DNA of 64,000 bases from Camelus ferus (Eukaryota): the NCBI RefSeq assembly GCF_009834535.1, contig NC_045697.1:40116001-40180000 (forward strand), given 5' to 3'. Within the stretch, counting starts at the first letter, position 1. Every line of letters begins with the position of its first letter. The translations under genes were made by a program, and so were the position numbers. Positions 23,001 through 38,000 of the stretch are shown here, one piece after another. The notes beneath the pieces are model-generated. The model made no database searches and was not told the DNA's origin. It saw only the letters and a list, made by a program, of their open reading frames with translations.

Positions 23001-26000
23001 CATTACATCCCCGTGACTTATTTATTTTATACCTGGAGGTTTTTACCTCTTAATCTCCTTTGCCTATTCACCACCCTCAGTTTTAATGTGCTTTTTAAAG
23101 ATTACTTTTATGTGAGTGGGTATTTGTTGAATATTTTCTGCATATCTAGTCTGGTTCTAGGTGCTGTGGATAATGTGCAGTTGTGCTAGCTTGTGGTTCT
23201 GTCCTGAGGACAAGGAAATCTTACTAGGTCAGCTTTACTAATAGAATGTGGTAAGGTGACTGGCACACAGCTGTCAGCTATGATTTGAGCTATGGAGAGG
23301 AAAAGGAGGGGGATAAAATTGAAAGTGGGGAGTTGGAGCCAAAGGCATAAATAAAAGCTTATGTCTTAGACGAAAGAGCACATTGCCTGCCTTGGGGCCC
23401 CCCAAGGTGAGACAGCCTGGAGGGCAGTTTGGGTGGTCTGTGCTGGATCAGCCAACAGTGCTTTTCTTTCATGTTTTTGGGCTTTACTGTAGCATATAGT
23501 AAAAAGAAAAGGAAAGTGACATTTAAAATATATACATAATTTTAGTTAAACTATGTAATTTCTTAATAAGTTAGTTTGCTAACTTGAGCAGGATTTGGAT
23601 TCAAATTAATCAAAAGGTAAAGCCTAATTTGGAAGAATTAAAAACAACAACATATGTCTTTTCATAGGTTGTTAGATGTCTTAGCTGCAAGGAAAGATCC
23701 ACATGGATTATCTGGAGATGTTTTAATCAACGGAGCACCTCGACCTGCCAATTTTAAATGTAACTCAGGTTATGTGGTACAAGTAAGTATTTGTGGATTT
23801 GCATGTTAGATTTCTTCTGTTTCTTTGTGGGCAAGTGCCTTGGCTGATAGTTGAGTGTGCTTCCAACTGACTACATGATAGACTCATAGAAACAACGTCA
23901 CTTTACATCAGATTTTCATAATCTCCCATAAGATTCAGAGTAGTATGAAATGAAAAGGCAGGGAGAATCTAGAATAGGACCCTCGGAAGGGCAGTGATAT
24001 CAATTCTTGTTATCATATTGTTTCTAAAAGACACTACTATTTCACTTTTTTGCCTTACCTCCACCTCTCTCCTTCCCCTAGCTTAGAACCATGTCTCGGC
24101 AACTCCTTGTGTAAAGCAGTCTGTGTTCTCTTTGGGTGTACAGATAGGGAATGGAACATTCCATCTAGGTTTGCAGCTATCTACATATGGAGTTACTGTA
24201 ACTTGTATAATTACAAGTTCATTACTGGCTAGAACTTTACTTGGGTGTGTTGTTTTTGTGGATAAGTTATATACACTAAGGGTGATGGTATTGGAGAAGA
24301 CCTGATACGTCTTGTTAAAATGCCCTTTTGCTTTAAGGATGATGTCGTGATGGGAACTCTGACAGTGAGAGAAAACTTACAGTTCTCAGCAGCTCTTCGG
24401 CTTCCAACAACTATGACAAACCGGGAAAAAAATGCACGGATTAACATGGTCATTCAAGAGTTAGGTCTGGATAAAGTGGCAGATTCTAAGGTAATGTGGA
24501 AAAAACTGATAGTATCATTGCCAGCAAATAGGACCTCACCTGTGTGGGTAGTATCACTTATAGTTATGTAACATCTAACTATAATTATATAACTATATAA
24601 ATTATATGATGATAATAACTTACAGTTATTAGCTTTCTGTCATGTGTATGGTCAAGAGTGGCTGCTTTCTGCAACTATGAGGAAAGTGACTAGTTACCTA
24701 ATATGAAGATGGTAATTAATCAGGTGGGAAAGAAAAAACCCTAGAATGATTGAATCTTGGAAATGAATGTGGCAATGTGGTCTAGTAAGTGAAAGTGTCT
24801 TGCAGAGAACCAGTGGCCCTTGCCACGCGACTACAGCTCTTGATCCTCTCCCACCCCGATTGTGTGTCACGTCTCAATTCAGTGTCTTCACACTAACTTT
24901 GCTTCTTCCTGTTTTCTTCTCCCTGTTTAGCTGTTCTTCCCTTCCTCCAGGGGACTTTGTTCCGTTGCTTTTCAGAGGTATATTTCTGGAATTCATACAC
25001 GTTGAAAATCCAAGGGCTCTTGCTCTGTATGTTTCACTTTGCTGTAATTTGGCTTCCAAAATTATATTCAGTCAGATTAGGGTTTATATCTAATTTGTAT
25101 AGCATCCAAGTTGTTTTTCCAGAGCCTTTCTTTTGGTACTTTTGGCTCCCAACCCCCCCTCTCCTCCCCACTTCTTCTCCCCTTTTTCTCTTACCAGTGT
25201 TTACTTACAGACTGTTTGTTGTGTACTGGGCTCTTTTCATTTTTAGAGATAACGGTTGTGGGGAGGAGAGGGAAAAGTAACTCCTTTTGTGGGTTATACA
25301 GGATCAGAAAGAAGAAATGAGATGAATGAGTGAACTTTACAGTCGATGACCAGGTATGAACAATTTGCTGGGAAGACATCTGAAGCTTTGGGTGAAGATG
25401 AGCTTTTAGACTGTGATGGCTATGGTTTAACCCCCCTGTGATATCCTTTACTGTGAATCTCCTTTATCCATTCTTTGTAACCTTTGTTAGAGGGGGTATT
25501 CTGCTGACTGCCACTTCATATGATACTTTCTGACATTCTTTAATGTAAAGTGTATTTTGTTTGGAAAAATAGCTCTGAGATGGCAGCATTTCCCACTAAA
25601 TTCATTTTATGAGTGATTGAGTTTCCTTTGCATTGGCTCTGTTTATTTGATTTTTATCTTTCCAATAAGGTATTTACCATTCTTTACCTTTAGGTGAAGG
25701 CCCTCTACCAGTAGGCAGTCATTGCCCTAAGTTCCTTGCATGCATTTCTAGGGAAAATAAATTGAATGAAGTTGTTGACTTAGAATTTATCTAATTAATT
25801 ATCTAATTATCTAATTAATACATTTAAATTTTTTTACTTTTTATGGAATTTTAAGCATAACAGAAATGTAGAGAGAATAGTCTGATTACTTAGTTGTTAC
25901 CAAGTCCAAGCTTGTACAGCTAGTAAATCAAGACACGAGTTGTTGGGGCGAAGAATAATGACTTTATTGGGAAAGCCAGCAGACAGAGAAGGTGATGGAT

Positions 26001-29000
26001 TAGTGTCCCAAAGAAACAATATCCCCAAGTAAGAATTTAGGCTTCTTTCATACTAAAAGGGGTGGAGGTGTGATTGGTTATTACAAGCTTCTTGGTGCCA
26101 GACTCCTGTGTTCTTGCAGCTGTCCAGGTGGATCTGGTCACAATGTTCCTATAAACCTCCAACAAGACAAATGTTATTCTCTGTTCTGCAACTTTTTATC
26201 TCTATATGAATGGAAAAGTGTTATACCTTCAAAGGTCAGAGACTGAGAATGGGCTACCCTGTGTATTTCAGGCTGTAGACAACATTCTTTCCAAGAAGTG
26301 CAGAGCCAGTATGACTAAGCACAGGAAACAGAGCACAAAGGTTAGAACTGAAGTAGATTCAGTATGGAGTCAGGTCTGTTCTTCTCTGTTACATAGTGAT
26401 GATATGATTGTACTATCATTAATGTAATGGTATGATTACTAATAACACTTACCTTAGTTCCCCATAACTGCTTCAACTTTTTTTTGAAGTATTTTAAAGG
26501 AAGTTATAAATATCATGATAGTTCACTCCTGAATACTGATTATGCATCTTAAAAAAGGATATTTGCCTACATTACCACAATACCATTTTCAACTAATAAA
26601 ATTGTGTCTTAATATCAGCCATGTTGCCCATATTCATTCACATTTCCCCAGTTATCTCCAAAGTGTCCGTTATAGCTCAGTTGTTACAAGATTCAGTCAA
26701 GGGCATGAGCAGCACTTGCTTATTATCTCTTTGAAGACTCTTTACATAAAAACTGTTTCCTGCCTACTGCCTCCCTCAAAACCTTCCTGCTCCCACCCTG
26801 CACAGTGACACTGACTGGTTGAAAAGACTCAAGCAGTTGCCTTGTAGAATAGTTGACCTTCTGAATTTGTCTGAAAGAAGACGTCAGAAGTTCTGTGGTG
26901 AGTTAAGGTATAGGAGGGGTCAATTTGGGAAGCCTTATGGTGATTTAAGAGGTGCTAATGTGGTGCGGTAGAAAGTGAATTTTTCTAGCTGCCAAGCCAC
27001 AGTGAGGACTTTTTTGGGGATGGGGGAATGGGGATTGGGAGGGTGTAAGAAGACTAATAAATTGTAGTTGCTTTAGGTTTTCCTCTCCCATCTTCATCTC
27101 CCTTTTTGGTCTGTGCTTTCACTATGTCAGAGCCATATCTTTTAGTGTTCTAACTTAACTGTCTTAAGACTAAATATTTGACTTGATAAGAAATATATAG
27201 ACCTGTTAATGGGTTTCGTATCAGGCTTAGCCACTTACCAGCTCTGAACTGAGCCTCAGTTTATTCTTTGAGTTAAAGAGAAACCTACCTCTTCTCCTGC
27301 GTAGTCATTTATTTGCTTGTTCACAGTAAATGAGGATAAAGAGACCAAGTGCCCCTTGTAAGGTTGGCACGTATTAGGAGCTCAACAAACAATAGTGGCT
27401 GTGGTTGTGATTGGTAATAACAATACTATTTGTGTTTTAGGTTGGAACTCAGTTTATCCGTGGTGTGTCTGGAGGAGAAAGAAAAAGGACTAGTATTGCC
27501 ATGGAGCTTATTACTGATCCAGCCATCTTGTTCCTGGATGAGCCCACGACTGGCTTAGACTCAAGCACAGCAAATGCTGTCCTTTTGCTCCTGAAGAGGT
27601 AAACGCTATGGGAATGTTATTCATTCATTCATCCAATATCTGAACACCTGCTATATACCAGGTATTATTCTTGGTGCTGGGGATTCAGGAGCACACGGAT
27701 AAAAGTTTCTCCCTTCTTTGCTGGAGGGAAACAGTCAATTAGCAAATATAAGTGTTTCACGAAAAATGAGGCAGGCTAAGAGAGTAGCAAAAGATGGCTC
27801 TGGTGGGTAGAGGTGCTGTATTATGTACAGGGTGGTCAGGGAAGACTTCAGTGAGGTGACATTTGAGCTGGGAGCAAGTGAGCAAGACCTGGATGAGTGG
27901 GAGAAGAGACTTCTAGTTGGAGGGAACAGCCAGGTACCCTAAGGCAGAGTGAGCCCGATGTGTTTGGAACATGAAAGAGGACCTGGACCCTGGTGCCCTA
28001 AATCAGGAATGGGGGCTGCTTATTGATTACTTTGCTCGGGCTGCCATGACATAGTGCCACAGATTGGGTGGCTTAAATAGCAGAAATTTAGTCTTTCACA
28101 TTCTTGGAGGCTTGAAGTTCGAGATCAGGGAGTCGGTAGGATTGTTTGTTCTGAGGTCTCTCTCCTTGGCTTGTAGTAGCTGCCTTCTCTCTGTTCTCAC
28201 TTCATCTTTCCCCCATGTGTCTGTGTCCTAACCTCCTCTTCTTACAAAGACACTGGTAAGAAGGGGGTGGATCCTCTCTGTTTTGAAGATAGAACCAACA
28301 GGATTAGCTCATGAATTGGATGTGGGACATGCTTATTGACTTCTGAGATCTGGGGCCTGAAAAATGAAAGAATGGAATAAAAACTGTCATTTACTTTTAT
28401 GAAGAAAGAAGACGGTGGGAGAAACATGTTTATAGGAAAATTTTCAAAAGTTGAGTTTTGGACATCTTTTTTAAAATCAATTTTTTAAAAGTTTCAATCT
28501 TACAGAAGATTGAAGAGTGGTACCAAAAAATTCCATGTCTTCTTACCTCGATTCCCTAACGATTCTTTTAACTGCATTTGCTCTTTCTCCATCCCTCCTT
28601 CCTTGTACTTTTTCTGCCACCATGTACCATCACCCCTACGTACTCTGGACTATAACTAAAAAACAGGGACAAGGCTCCTGCGTCACCACCTCACACACCT
28701 CCCAGCCAGGAAGTCAGTGGTGATGTCATGGCCACCATCCAGTCTGTGGACTGCAGTCAGACGTCAACAGCTGCCCCAGAAGTGTCTCTTTTTCCTTTCT
28801 GGCTCAGGATTCTCTCCAGAAACACTCTTTTTTGGGTAATCTTTTATAACCCTGAGCAGTTCTTTGCTCTTTCCTGGCCTCTCACGTCCTCACACGTATT
28901 AGGGAGTACATTTCACAGGGTGGCCCTCAACCTGGGTCCATCCAGTGTTTCTTCATGACCAGACTCAGACCATGAATCCTTGGCAGGGATACTACAGAGA

Positions 29001-32000
29001 TGATACTGTGTTCTTGGTGCAGAACGTCAGGGGCTGCATGGTTTTGACTTCTCTGACCACGGGCGATGTTGACCTTCATCAGGTGGTCATGTTGGTTTCT
29101 ACTGGGTTTATCTGCTATGAAATAACTATTTTTTTTCCTTTGTAATTGATTAGTATTTTATCAAGGGAGATAATCATATATTAGGCCAATATCCTGTTCC
29201 TCATCAAATCTCCACCCACCGGTTTTAGCAAAGAACCACAACTCCTGCCTGTATCAGCTTCTAGTGTGATGGTTGCCCAGTGGTGACTTTCTATTTACAT
29301 CATTCTTTCTACCTATGTTGACCTTCTACTATAAGGATGTTTTCTTCCTTCTTTGTTCATTTATATTTACTCACATTCTTTTATTCAGTGGGTTATAATC
29401 TATTATACTTTTTCATTTTTATGACCGAATTCACCCTGATTTGGCTAGTAGAAGCCTCTTCAGTCTGGATTTTGTGTCCTTTTGACATGTCCCTAATCAT
29501 TTTTCAAGCATTTTTTTCACTGTATCATCAGCAAGATATTCCAGGTTCATCTTATTTCTCCAAGGAGCCCTGGTTCCTTCTGGTGTAGTTATGATTTAGA
29601 AACCGAGATCCAGATACTTAAGTGTGCTCACTGCTACAGGACTGTCAATGCTTCTAGACTCAATTAGCAGATAGACCTAGGGAATACATGTGTATGTGTA
29701 TGTGTGTATATATAACATAGAAATACATATCTATATTTTATTTGGGAATATGTATTTATTATAAATATGTTTTGTGTGTATATATAGTTCAAATAGAATG
29801 ATACATGTAAATATATTTCTAACTATTGCTCTGTTATTACGTATAAAATTAGCAAAACCATGAGTTCATAATATTTCCAATTGTAATCTAACACTTGAAT
29901 GTTCTTTTTAGTCTTTGCCCTTTCCCTGTTTGTAAGTGACATTTCAGACAGTGAGAAACTCGGCTCCCATCATCTCAGTGTGTTTACTTACTTGCTCAGT
30001 CACCTAACGTAATTGTTGAATGTAACCAATATCCCAGTCACTCTGGCCATTGCCTCTAAGACAGCCACCACTCCGTCCAGTTTTTAAAAGCTGTCAGACA
30101 CACCACCATCATATGACATCCCTCCTTATGACTACCTTGCTTCCTCTGACGTCCATGACCTTGTAAGCAAGGCTCTATGCTAGGATAAGAAGAAAGGGGA
30201 AAATGGGAAGATGTCTAAGATTTTAGACATTTTAAGTTTGAGATGTCTATGGCACATATAAGTGAAGATGTCAAGTATTGGGTCTGGGGTTCAGGTTCAG
30301 TTTCTCTAACTGAACATCGATGGTATTTTTATTATCTGTCACCATGTTAACAGTGTTCATTAGAGAATGATGAATTGATACAGAATACTGGACTATGTTA
30401 TGTTTTGGACTAATTAGCACACAGCATCTTTCCACATGCTGGACAGCTCCTAGTGCATATCAAGCCTAGTGCATATCAAGCTCCACTGTGTACACTGTTC
30501 ATTTTGGGTCTTGTTAAAATGCAGGTTCTATTTCTATGGCTCTGAGGTGATGTTCAAGATTTTCCACTGCTATTAGGAAATACTGATACTGATGCTCAGT
30601 GGTCCTCAGACCACACCTGATGTACAAAGTTCTCACACCAGTCCACGTCTCTGCTGCCAGTCCTTTACTGGCTCCTTGTTGTCCACTAACATTCCAGCTC
30701 TGGTTCCCTATCAGATAGATTAAAAAAAAAAGAGAGATGAGAATTTAGTAAGAGAAAATCAAGTTGAACAGTGAACAAATGAACTAAAGGTAGGAATAAT
30801 AAAGTATTTTGCCAAGGAATGCAAGTTTCCAATGTTTAATGACTCGTTATCTTCTCACTTCTAACTTAGGATGTCTAAGCAAGGACGGACAATCATCTTC
30901 TCCATTCATCAGCCTCGCTACTCCATCTTCAAGCTGTTTGACAGCCTCACCTTGTTGGCCTCAGGAAGACTCATGTTCCACGGGCCTGCTCAGGAGGCCT
31001 TGGGGTACTTTGAATCCATCGGTATGGTTGACTTTTTCATGCAGTAAGATCCTTCCTTAATAGAATCCTATAAGAGGTCAAAGGGGTTGATGGGAGTGCT
31101 GTGATCTTTGAGTAGATGTACCGTGGGTTCCACCACTCCAAAACAGCTGTAGTTAGTTTGGTGCTGGAATTTTTCTTCACTTTGAAGCACCAGCTTGTTA
31201 TTTAGTTCGCTTTTTCTGTCCTGTTTGAGTGTGTGTACATGTGTGTGTGCATGAGTTTTTCTACTGGGTCTGTATCTGTTCTCCTTCCCAGTTCTGGTGA
31301 CCTTTTCTAACAGTTCAGTGAATATATTGGCCTCATAGCCAGTTATCTGTCTGGTGAATACTTTTGGAAAGGCCTGATGTCCCCAGATTGTTTGTCTTCT
31401 TGACCATAATACAGAGCAGGGCTCATCATTTTTTCCTCTTGCGTGGGATGTTGAGCTATGTTGGTGGGGGTTCACGGAGATGATGCTTAATTTTCTGGTA
31501 ATATTAGGTTGCAGATTTAGGATGTGTGTGACTTACCTGTCAGTATAATGGTTAGTTTTAAGCCTGACTTCAATGTGCCAACATTTCTGATGGTTCTGGA
31601 CTGCCTGGTTCTATTTTATTTTATTTTTTTAGAACATTTTTTAATGAGTTATAGTCATTTTACAATGTTGTGTCAAATTACAGTGTAGAGCACAATTTTT
31701 CAGTTATACATGAACATACATATATATTCATTGTCATATTTTTTTTCTCCGTAAGCTACCAGAAGATCTTGTATATATTTCCCTGTGCTATGCAGTATAA
31801 TCTTGTTTATCTATTCTACATGTGTGGTTCTATTTTAAATGGAAATATTTAATTTTTTATGACTTATGCAATCTTCTTCACTTTAGAGGTACTTGGATGG
31901 TGCTCCATGACTTCAAATGTAGTTTTAAATATTTGTTGGCCATCTTTTAAAATGTTTTTGTTTACTTTATCATTTAAACTTAAGAAGCACACATAGGTGT

Positions 32001-35000
32001 AGGGAGTTTAGAGGAGATGAACCCAAGAGTCAGTCTCCAGGCTAGGCTGAGTTCAGATGGTCATGCTACAAGAAGTTGAGATAAGTGGTGAGCTGTGCTG
32101 TCCCAGCCACATTCTTCTGAGAATGCTGCTCTGGTGATTGGTTCTCTATATTGGAATTATGGCGGGTGACCACTTGTACCTGAATTTAGTAGAGGCAGAA
32201 GCATTCATTGCTAGGTGGGTACTGGCGTTTTGGCAGTCCCCAAGTGAGCTGGGAAACAGAACATACCCCCAGGCCTCTCCCAAACACAGTCCTGCTGTGC
32301 CTTAGTTGGCTTTGCTTGTTGCCTTGCTATAAAGAGCATTCGTTCTGCTACTGCTTTTTTTTTTTCAACTTATTTTTTTTCCTTGCACCTAGATTTAAGT
32401 TTTTGAAGAAGTTCTGATAAGCACCAGATCATATTGATAGCTGTTTCAGGTCTCGTGAATTAGGATGGGTAAGCACCAAGCACCAACAGAAGATTTCTGA
32501 GAATCCAAGTGGTTGGGAGTGTGTTATTTTGCCAGGATAGAGAATTGTTGAAATATAGTGTGATTGAATATATAAAAGGAAAAGGTAAATTAATGAGAGG
32601 AGAAGAGAGAAGGAAGGTGAGGGAGAAATTGTTAGATTCTGTCTCCCCAGGCGTCCCTCCCTCATCCCTTGAAAGTCTTTATTTCCTAAGACTATCAGGT
32701 TTGTGTATCTGAGTTACTTTCTTTTGCAGGTTACCATTGTGAGCCCTATAATAACCCTGCAGACTTCTTCCTGGATGTCATTAATGGAGACTCCTCTGCT
32801 GTGGTGCTAAACAGAGAGGACAGAGATGGTGAAGGTATGCAAATCTGTTAAGAGTCGCAGATTATTGCCTAATTGAGTTGGCTGAAGTTTAGCAATGTGG
32901 TAGCTCATTAAAACGTGGCTGTGTGAATTTCTATTAATGCCATCCTCTGATACAAGTTGTCCTAGCTTGTTTGGCTGCTGTAACAAAAATACTGTAGACT
33001 AGGTGGCTTAAACAACAAACCTTTATTTCTCATAGTTTTGGAGGCTGGAAGTCCAAGATCAAGATGCCAGCAGATTTGGTCTCTGTTGAGGCCCTGCTTC
33101 CTGGTTCATAGATGGGCGACCATCTCATTTCCCATTGCCTCCTTACATGGTGGAAGTTGTAGGGGAGCTCTCTGGGGTCTCTTTGATAAGGGTGCTAATC
33201 CCACTCATGAAGGCTCCACCCTCATGACCTAATCATCTCTCAAAGGCCTTGCCTTCAGATACCATCACATTGGGAACTGGGTTTCAGCATATGAATTTTG
33301 GAGGCACACAGACATTCAATCTCTAATAGCATCAGTTAACACAGATTTTATTGTCTCTGAGTGCTGTGTTTTTGACTTAATTTATAAATGAGCATTTGTA
33401 TGGTAGTGTCAGCTCTAAGGGGAGTTCCCATTTAAAAAAAAAGCCCATTGTTTACACATGGTATCCATGGGGAGTTGATTCCAGGACCCCCTGCAGATAC
33501 TACAGTGCTCGAGTCCCTTACAGGAGGCCCTCCCTATCCCTGGGTTCCACATCTGTGGATACAGAGGGCCAACTGTGTACTGTTTTGAAATAAGAAACTT
33601 GGCAATTTATGCATTTGCACATTGGAAAAAAGCAAGAACCAGGTTTTTTTTTTTTTATTAGGAATTATAACTCTGTGTGGTGAGAAGTCTATTTTAAAAG
33701 AATTAGGATCCGAACATTATAGTTAAGAAAAGGTCAGTGGTATCCATAAGTTTATAGAAGTAGGCCAGTTTACTGTATTCTTCTCATTTGTAAAGCAATG
33801 ACAGATCTCATAATTTTTTATACTCAAGCTTTAGAATTAAGGTGCTAGGGAAGAATCTAAGAAAGAGGTTTCAAAAAAGTGTTAATAATGTTTCCCTTCT
33901 TTATCCACTTTTCTTCCAAAGCCAAGGAGACTGAAGCGCCTGCCAAGAAAGATACCCCACTCATAGATAAATTAGCTGAGTTTTATGTCAACTCCTCCTT
34001 CTTCAGAGAAACCAAAGTTGAGTTAGATCAGTTCTCAGTAGGTCCGAAAAAGAAGAAGAGTCTTGCCTACAAGGAGATCACCTATGCTACCTCCTTTTGT
34101 CATCAGCTCAAGTGGATTTCCAGGCGTTCTTTCAAAAACTTACTGGGTAATCCTCAGGCTTCTATAGCTCAGGTAACCTGGCAGAGTCTTCTGATTGTGC
34201 TGTGAAATACGTGGGGACAGGGGGTTCTGATAGAATCTGTTTTAGGATTATGTTATCTTCAACACACCCTGTCATTTATTGATCCCCATTCCATCTGGGA
34301 TATAGAAACAAGTAAACACAATCGAGTTTCTGCTTATAGAAGACTTTTTTTTTCAGTGGGTTTTTTTTTTTTTTGGACTGCCTAATTCAGGATTTTTGTT
34401 GATTTAGACAAGCTGTGATGGATAATCTTTGCAGAAAAAAAATTTTTTTTCAAAAATTGTGAAGTGAAGGAAATGTTTGGCCACATTTGGGGTTTTCTGG
34501 TGGCTGTGTACATTCACTTCCTGATGCATCCAGCAAGTTCTCACTGATCACATGCTGCAGTTTGGAGCTTGTGGACAGCAGTGAACGAAGTGGGCAAAAA
34601 TAAAATCCCTGTTTTCATGGAGCTTACTTTCTTGTGAGGAGAGACAGATGATAAATTCATATAGATGTAAAATGTATAGCATGCCAGATGGTAAAAGAGA
34701 CTGTGAAAAGGGTTTAGGCAGAGAAATGGAGAAAGGAGGAGAGACAGAGAGAAGGAGAGGAGATGGAGGAGGAGGGAGAGGAAGGAAAGGGGTAGGTCTG
34801 CATTTTGCATCTGGTGGCCGGGGAAGCCTTCAGCTGGATGTCACTGAATGTCCCTGAAGACAGTAGGGCCAACTGCTGTCTGCAGGAAGAGCCTGTGTGC
34901 AATTGCTGTTTCTTATAACTGGCCTTCTTCATTTAGGTGTTCTCATCTTAGGAGGGAACTAGATACCTAAAACAGTTTGCAATTAACACAAAGGTAGTAA

Positions 35001-38000
35001 GCCAACTTGAATTCTGTTCGGTAAGGCTATTCACTATCAGACTAACTTTCTCTTAATGAAGATGATCTAGTGTTCTTTTTCTCTTTTGGTTGATAGGAGT
35101 TGATGATGACTCCTTTATGATTTTTCTGTTATTCTTAAGCCCTCTGTCACCCCAAACCCTCATATTCCCAGTTCATTGGTCCATCCTTTTTAAGAAAGTC
35201 AGTTTAACCAGTTATTTGGTGGGTGGTTGATTTTATTATCATTTATTGCATTATTGCATTTCTGTTGAGTACTAAAAGATGGCATGTTGTTGGATCTAAT
35301 GGAATATTACTGACTTCTTACCACACGTGCCATAGTTTTCATACTTCACTGCTGTTGCCTTCTAAGTTTTCATGCCGAGACCTTATATTCCTCTTTGAGA
35401 TGTACTGCTAGTTGCTCCAGTTTTGTACTTGTTATTTGGTGTATCCATCAGAACATGAGCACTTTTGTGTCCCATCACTCAAAGGTAAGGTTTTATTCTT
35501 TTAGAGTAGATTTGATGTCATTGTGGAACAAGTGCTGTAACAAAGGTCAACATGGGTACCCATCATTCAACAGTGAGATGATACAATGCAGTTGATTCTT
35601 TAGTGTGAGTTATGCATTATATTTTTTTTATTTGGAAAATAAATTTCTCTTGCCTCTAAAAATGGTTTAGATGTGTCTTGTCCAAGTCATGTACAGCCAG
35701 CCCCCTCGGTATCTGTGTATTCCTTACACACTGAGGTTGGCGGAGCTCATGCATGTGTAGGACTGACTGTACATCTTGGTTCATAGAAGGGTCTTGAGCA
35801 TCTGTGGATTTCGATATCGGTGGGGATCCTGGAACCAGTGACCTGCGGATACGAAGGGACGAGTCTATGTGGTAGTTCTAGGCAGGGGTGATTAGAATGT
35901 GGAGCTGTTTCTAACAGGACACCAGCTTTCTGCATCTTTCAGGTGCTAGCCTTCCTTCACAGATGCAAACAGGCCTCGTGCCTCCAGGTTGCGTGTTCAG
36001 CTTACTTGCCTCCTCAGTGAGCTCAAGAGGAATCCCAGCTATGTTCAGGGCAGTGGCAATCTCACAGGACAAGGACAGAGCCTTACGTCTCCCTGGGTAT
36101 CTGCCTGTAGCGGGGAAACTCTTTTTCAGATATGTCAATACTAGAATGTTAGCTTAAGACAGGGGTAGGCAACCTTTTCTGTAAAAGGTCAGAGAGTAAA
36201 TACTCAAGGCTCTGTAGGTCAGTGGTCTTTGTCTCAGGTAGTCATTTCTGCCATTTTAGCAAGAAAGCAGCCAAAAATAATACATTAAAAGAAGGGAACA
36301 TGCTGTGTTCCAATAAAACTTTATTCATGGACACTGAAATTTAAATTGTATATAAATTTCATGGGGCAAGAAATATTATTCTTGTTGCTTTTTTCCCAAC
36401 CATTAAAAAAATGGTAAAAAGTGTTCTTAGCTCATGGGCTGACCAGAAATAGGGGAGAGGCCCTGTTTGGCCTGGGGGCCATAGCTTGGTGACTTTTAAT
36501 TTAGGGTTTTTTAATCTTGTGAATGTGTCTTTTACTGCTCTAAGTGTTTAAATGTGGAGCTATTAAAATGTTTTATGGCTTCCTGTTGACAAGCCTTGTA
36601 CAGCTAGTCTTATAGCCATAATTAGGTTTGAACTAGTCATTTACGTAAGTCAGACTTTGCCTCTGAAAATGCATTTAACCAGAGGTTATCTTTGGAAGGT
36701 CTTGGAATGAATGGATTATCTGTATAGGAAGATTTAATGTCCATTTAGTGTGCCAAAGTTTTTCTGACTGTACAATCAATTTGGAAAACCTTATCATAGT
36801 TCTTGGAGATTCATTGTTTCTATTAGCACGTTTAACATTTGACTGTGGATTAATTTTTTCAGTGATGGCCATAAACATCCTTCAGAATTCACCTTGAGAA
36901 AATGTTGGTAAACACATTTGAACAAAGACAGAATGACATATTTAGGGAATTTCTTTTTTCTCTCCCTTTTGTTCAGAAGAAGCCAAGTGCACAGAACTTG
37001 TAGATAGGATGTCTTTGCTCCAGTGAGCAATGTTTAGTTTTCCTGTTTATTTTCTTTGCCTTAATGCAAGAAGGTATAAATAGGCACACTTTATAAAAGC
37101 ATGACAAAATTGTGAGATTGATCATTTTGTCAATGTGTTTAAAATTTTTCTTTGAAGATACTTTTAGAACTTTGAAACCCTTAGGAAGCATCTTAATAAT
37201 AGTCCTGACAGTCTGTTAATGTAAGTTACCAAGTTTGAATGCAAAAGAAACAAAGCATGTGGAGTGTCCAGTTTTAAAAGTCTGAATATTCTTAGAGTTA
37301 TACGGTGTGAAAGCATGGGCTTGTACACGTGTGCAGGCACGCGTGCTGATGGAGTCATTATTATTTATATTTTTAAGCTAATTAATATATGCCAGGGTAA
37401 TAGATTTTTTTCAAATATCTGACTGTCTTTTTAGGCATTTTTTTAAGGACATCTCTAATCATACTTTTTCCAGACTCTGATCTTCACAAACTAGTCTTCA
37501 CAGATCATGATCCTGTTTTCCAGTTTTGTTTGCTTCAGCCAAAAGTATCTTTATAAGTTATTTTACAAGTTTTAATACTATTGAACAGTTGTAGTAATGA
37601 GTTGTTGTTTTGTTTTGTTTTGTTTTGTTTTTTTAACTTTGGAGATTCCAAGATACATGGTGGGATATTGTATTTTTTTAAGATTATCATTTCTTATATA
37701 TTTATATTTAATATATTTAATAAAATTTAATTTAAAAGTACAATAAGTAGAATTTCCTTGAATAAAGTATAATATAACCCTTAACCCTTCGCTTATAGAA
37801 GTGTTCTTAAGAGACATTTTATCAGTCTTAAAAACAGAAGTGATGTTCATCTAGTCTTCTTAGGAGTCATCAAAGAGACTGAGTGAGTGAAGGTTGGTGA
37901 GAGTAGCAGAGAATGGGCAGCTAAGTTCTGCTGTTGACTGTAGGCCCTATGGACTGAGGTTGCTGGAAAGGCAGTGACAGGAGCATTGGTAATTGAAGCA

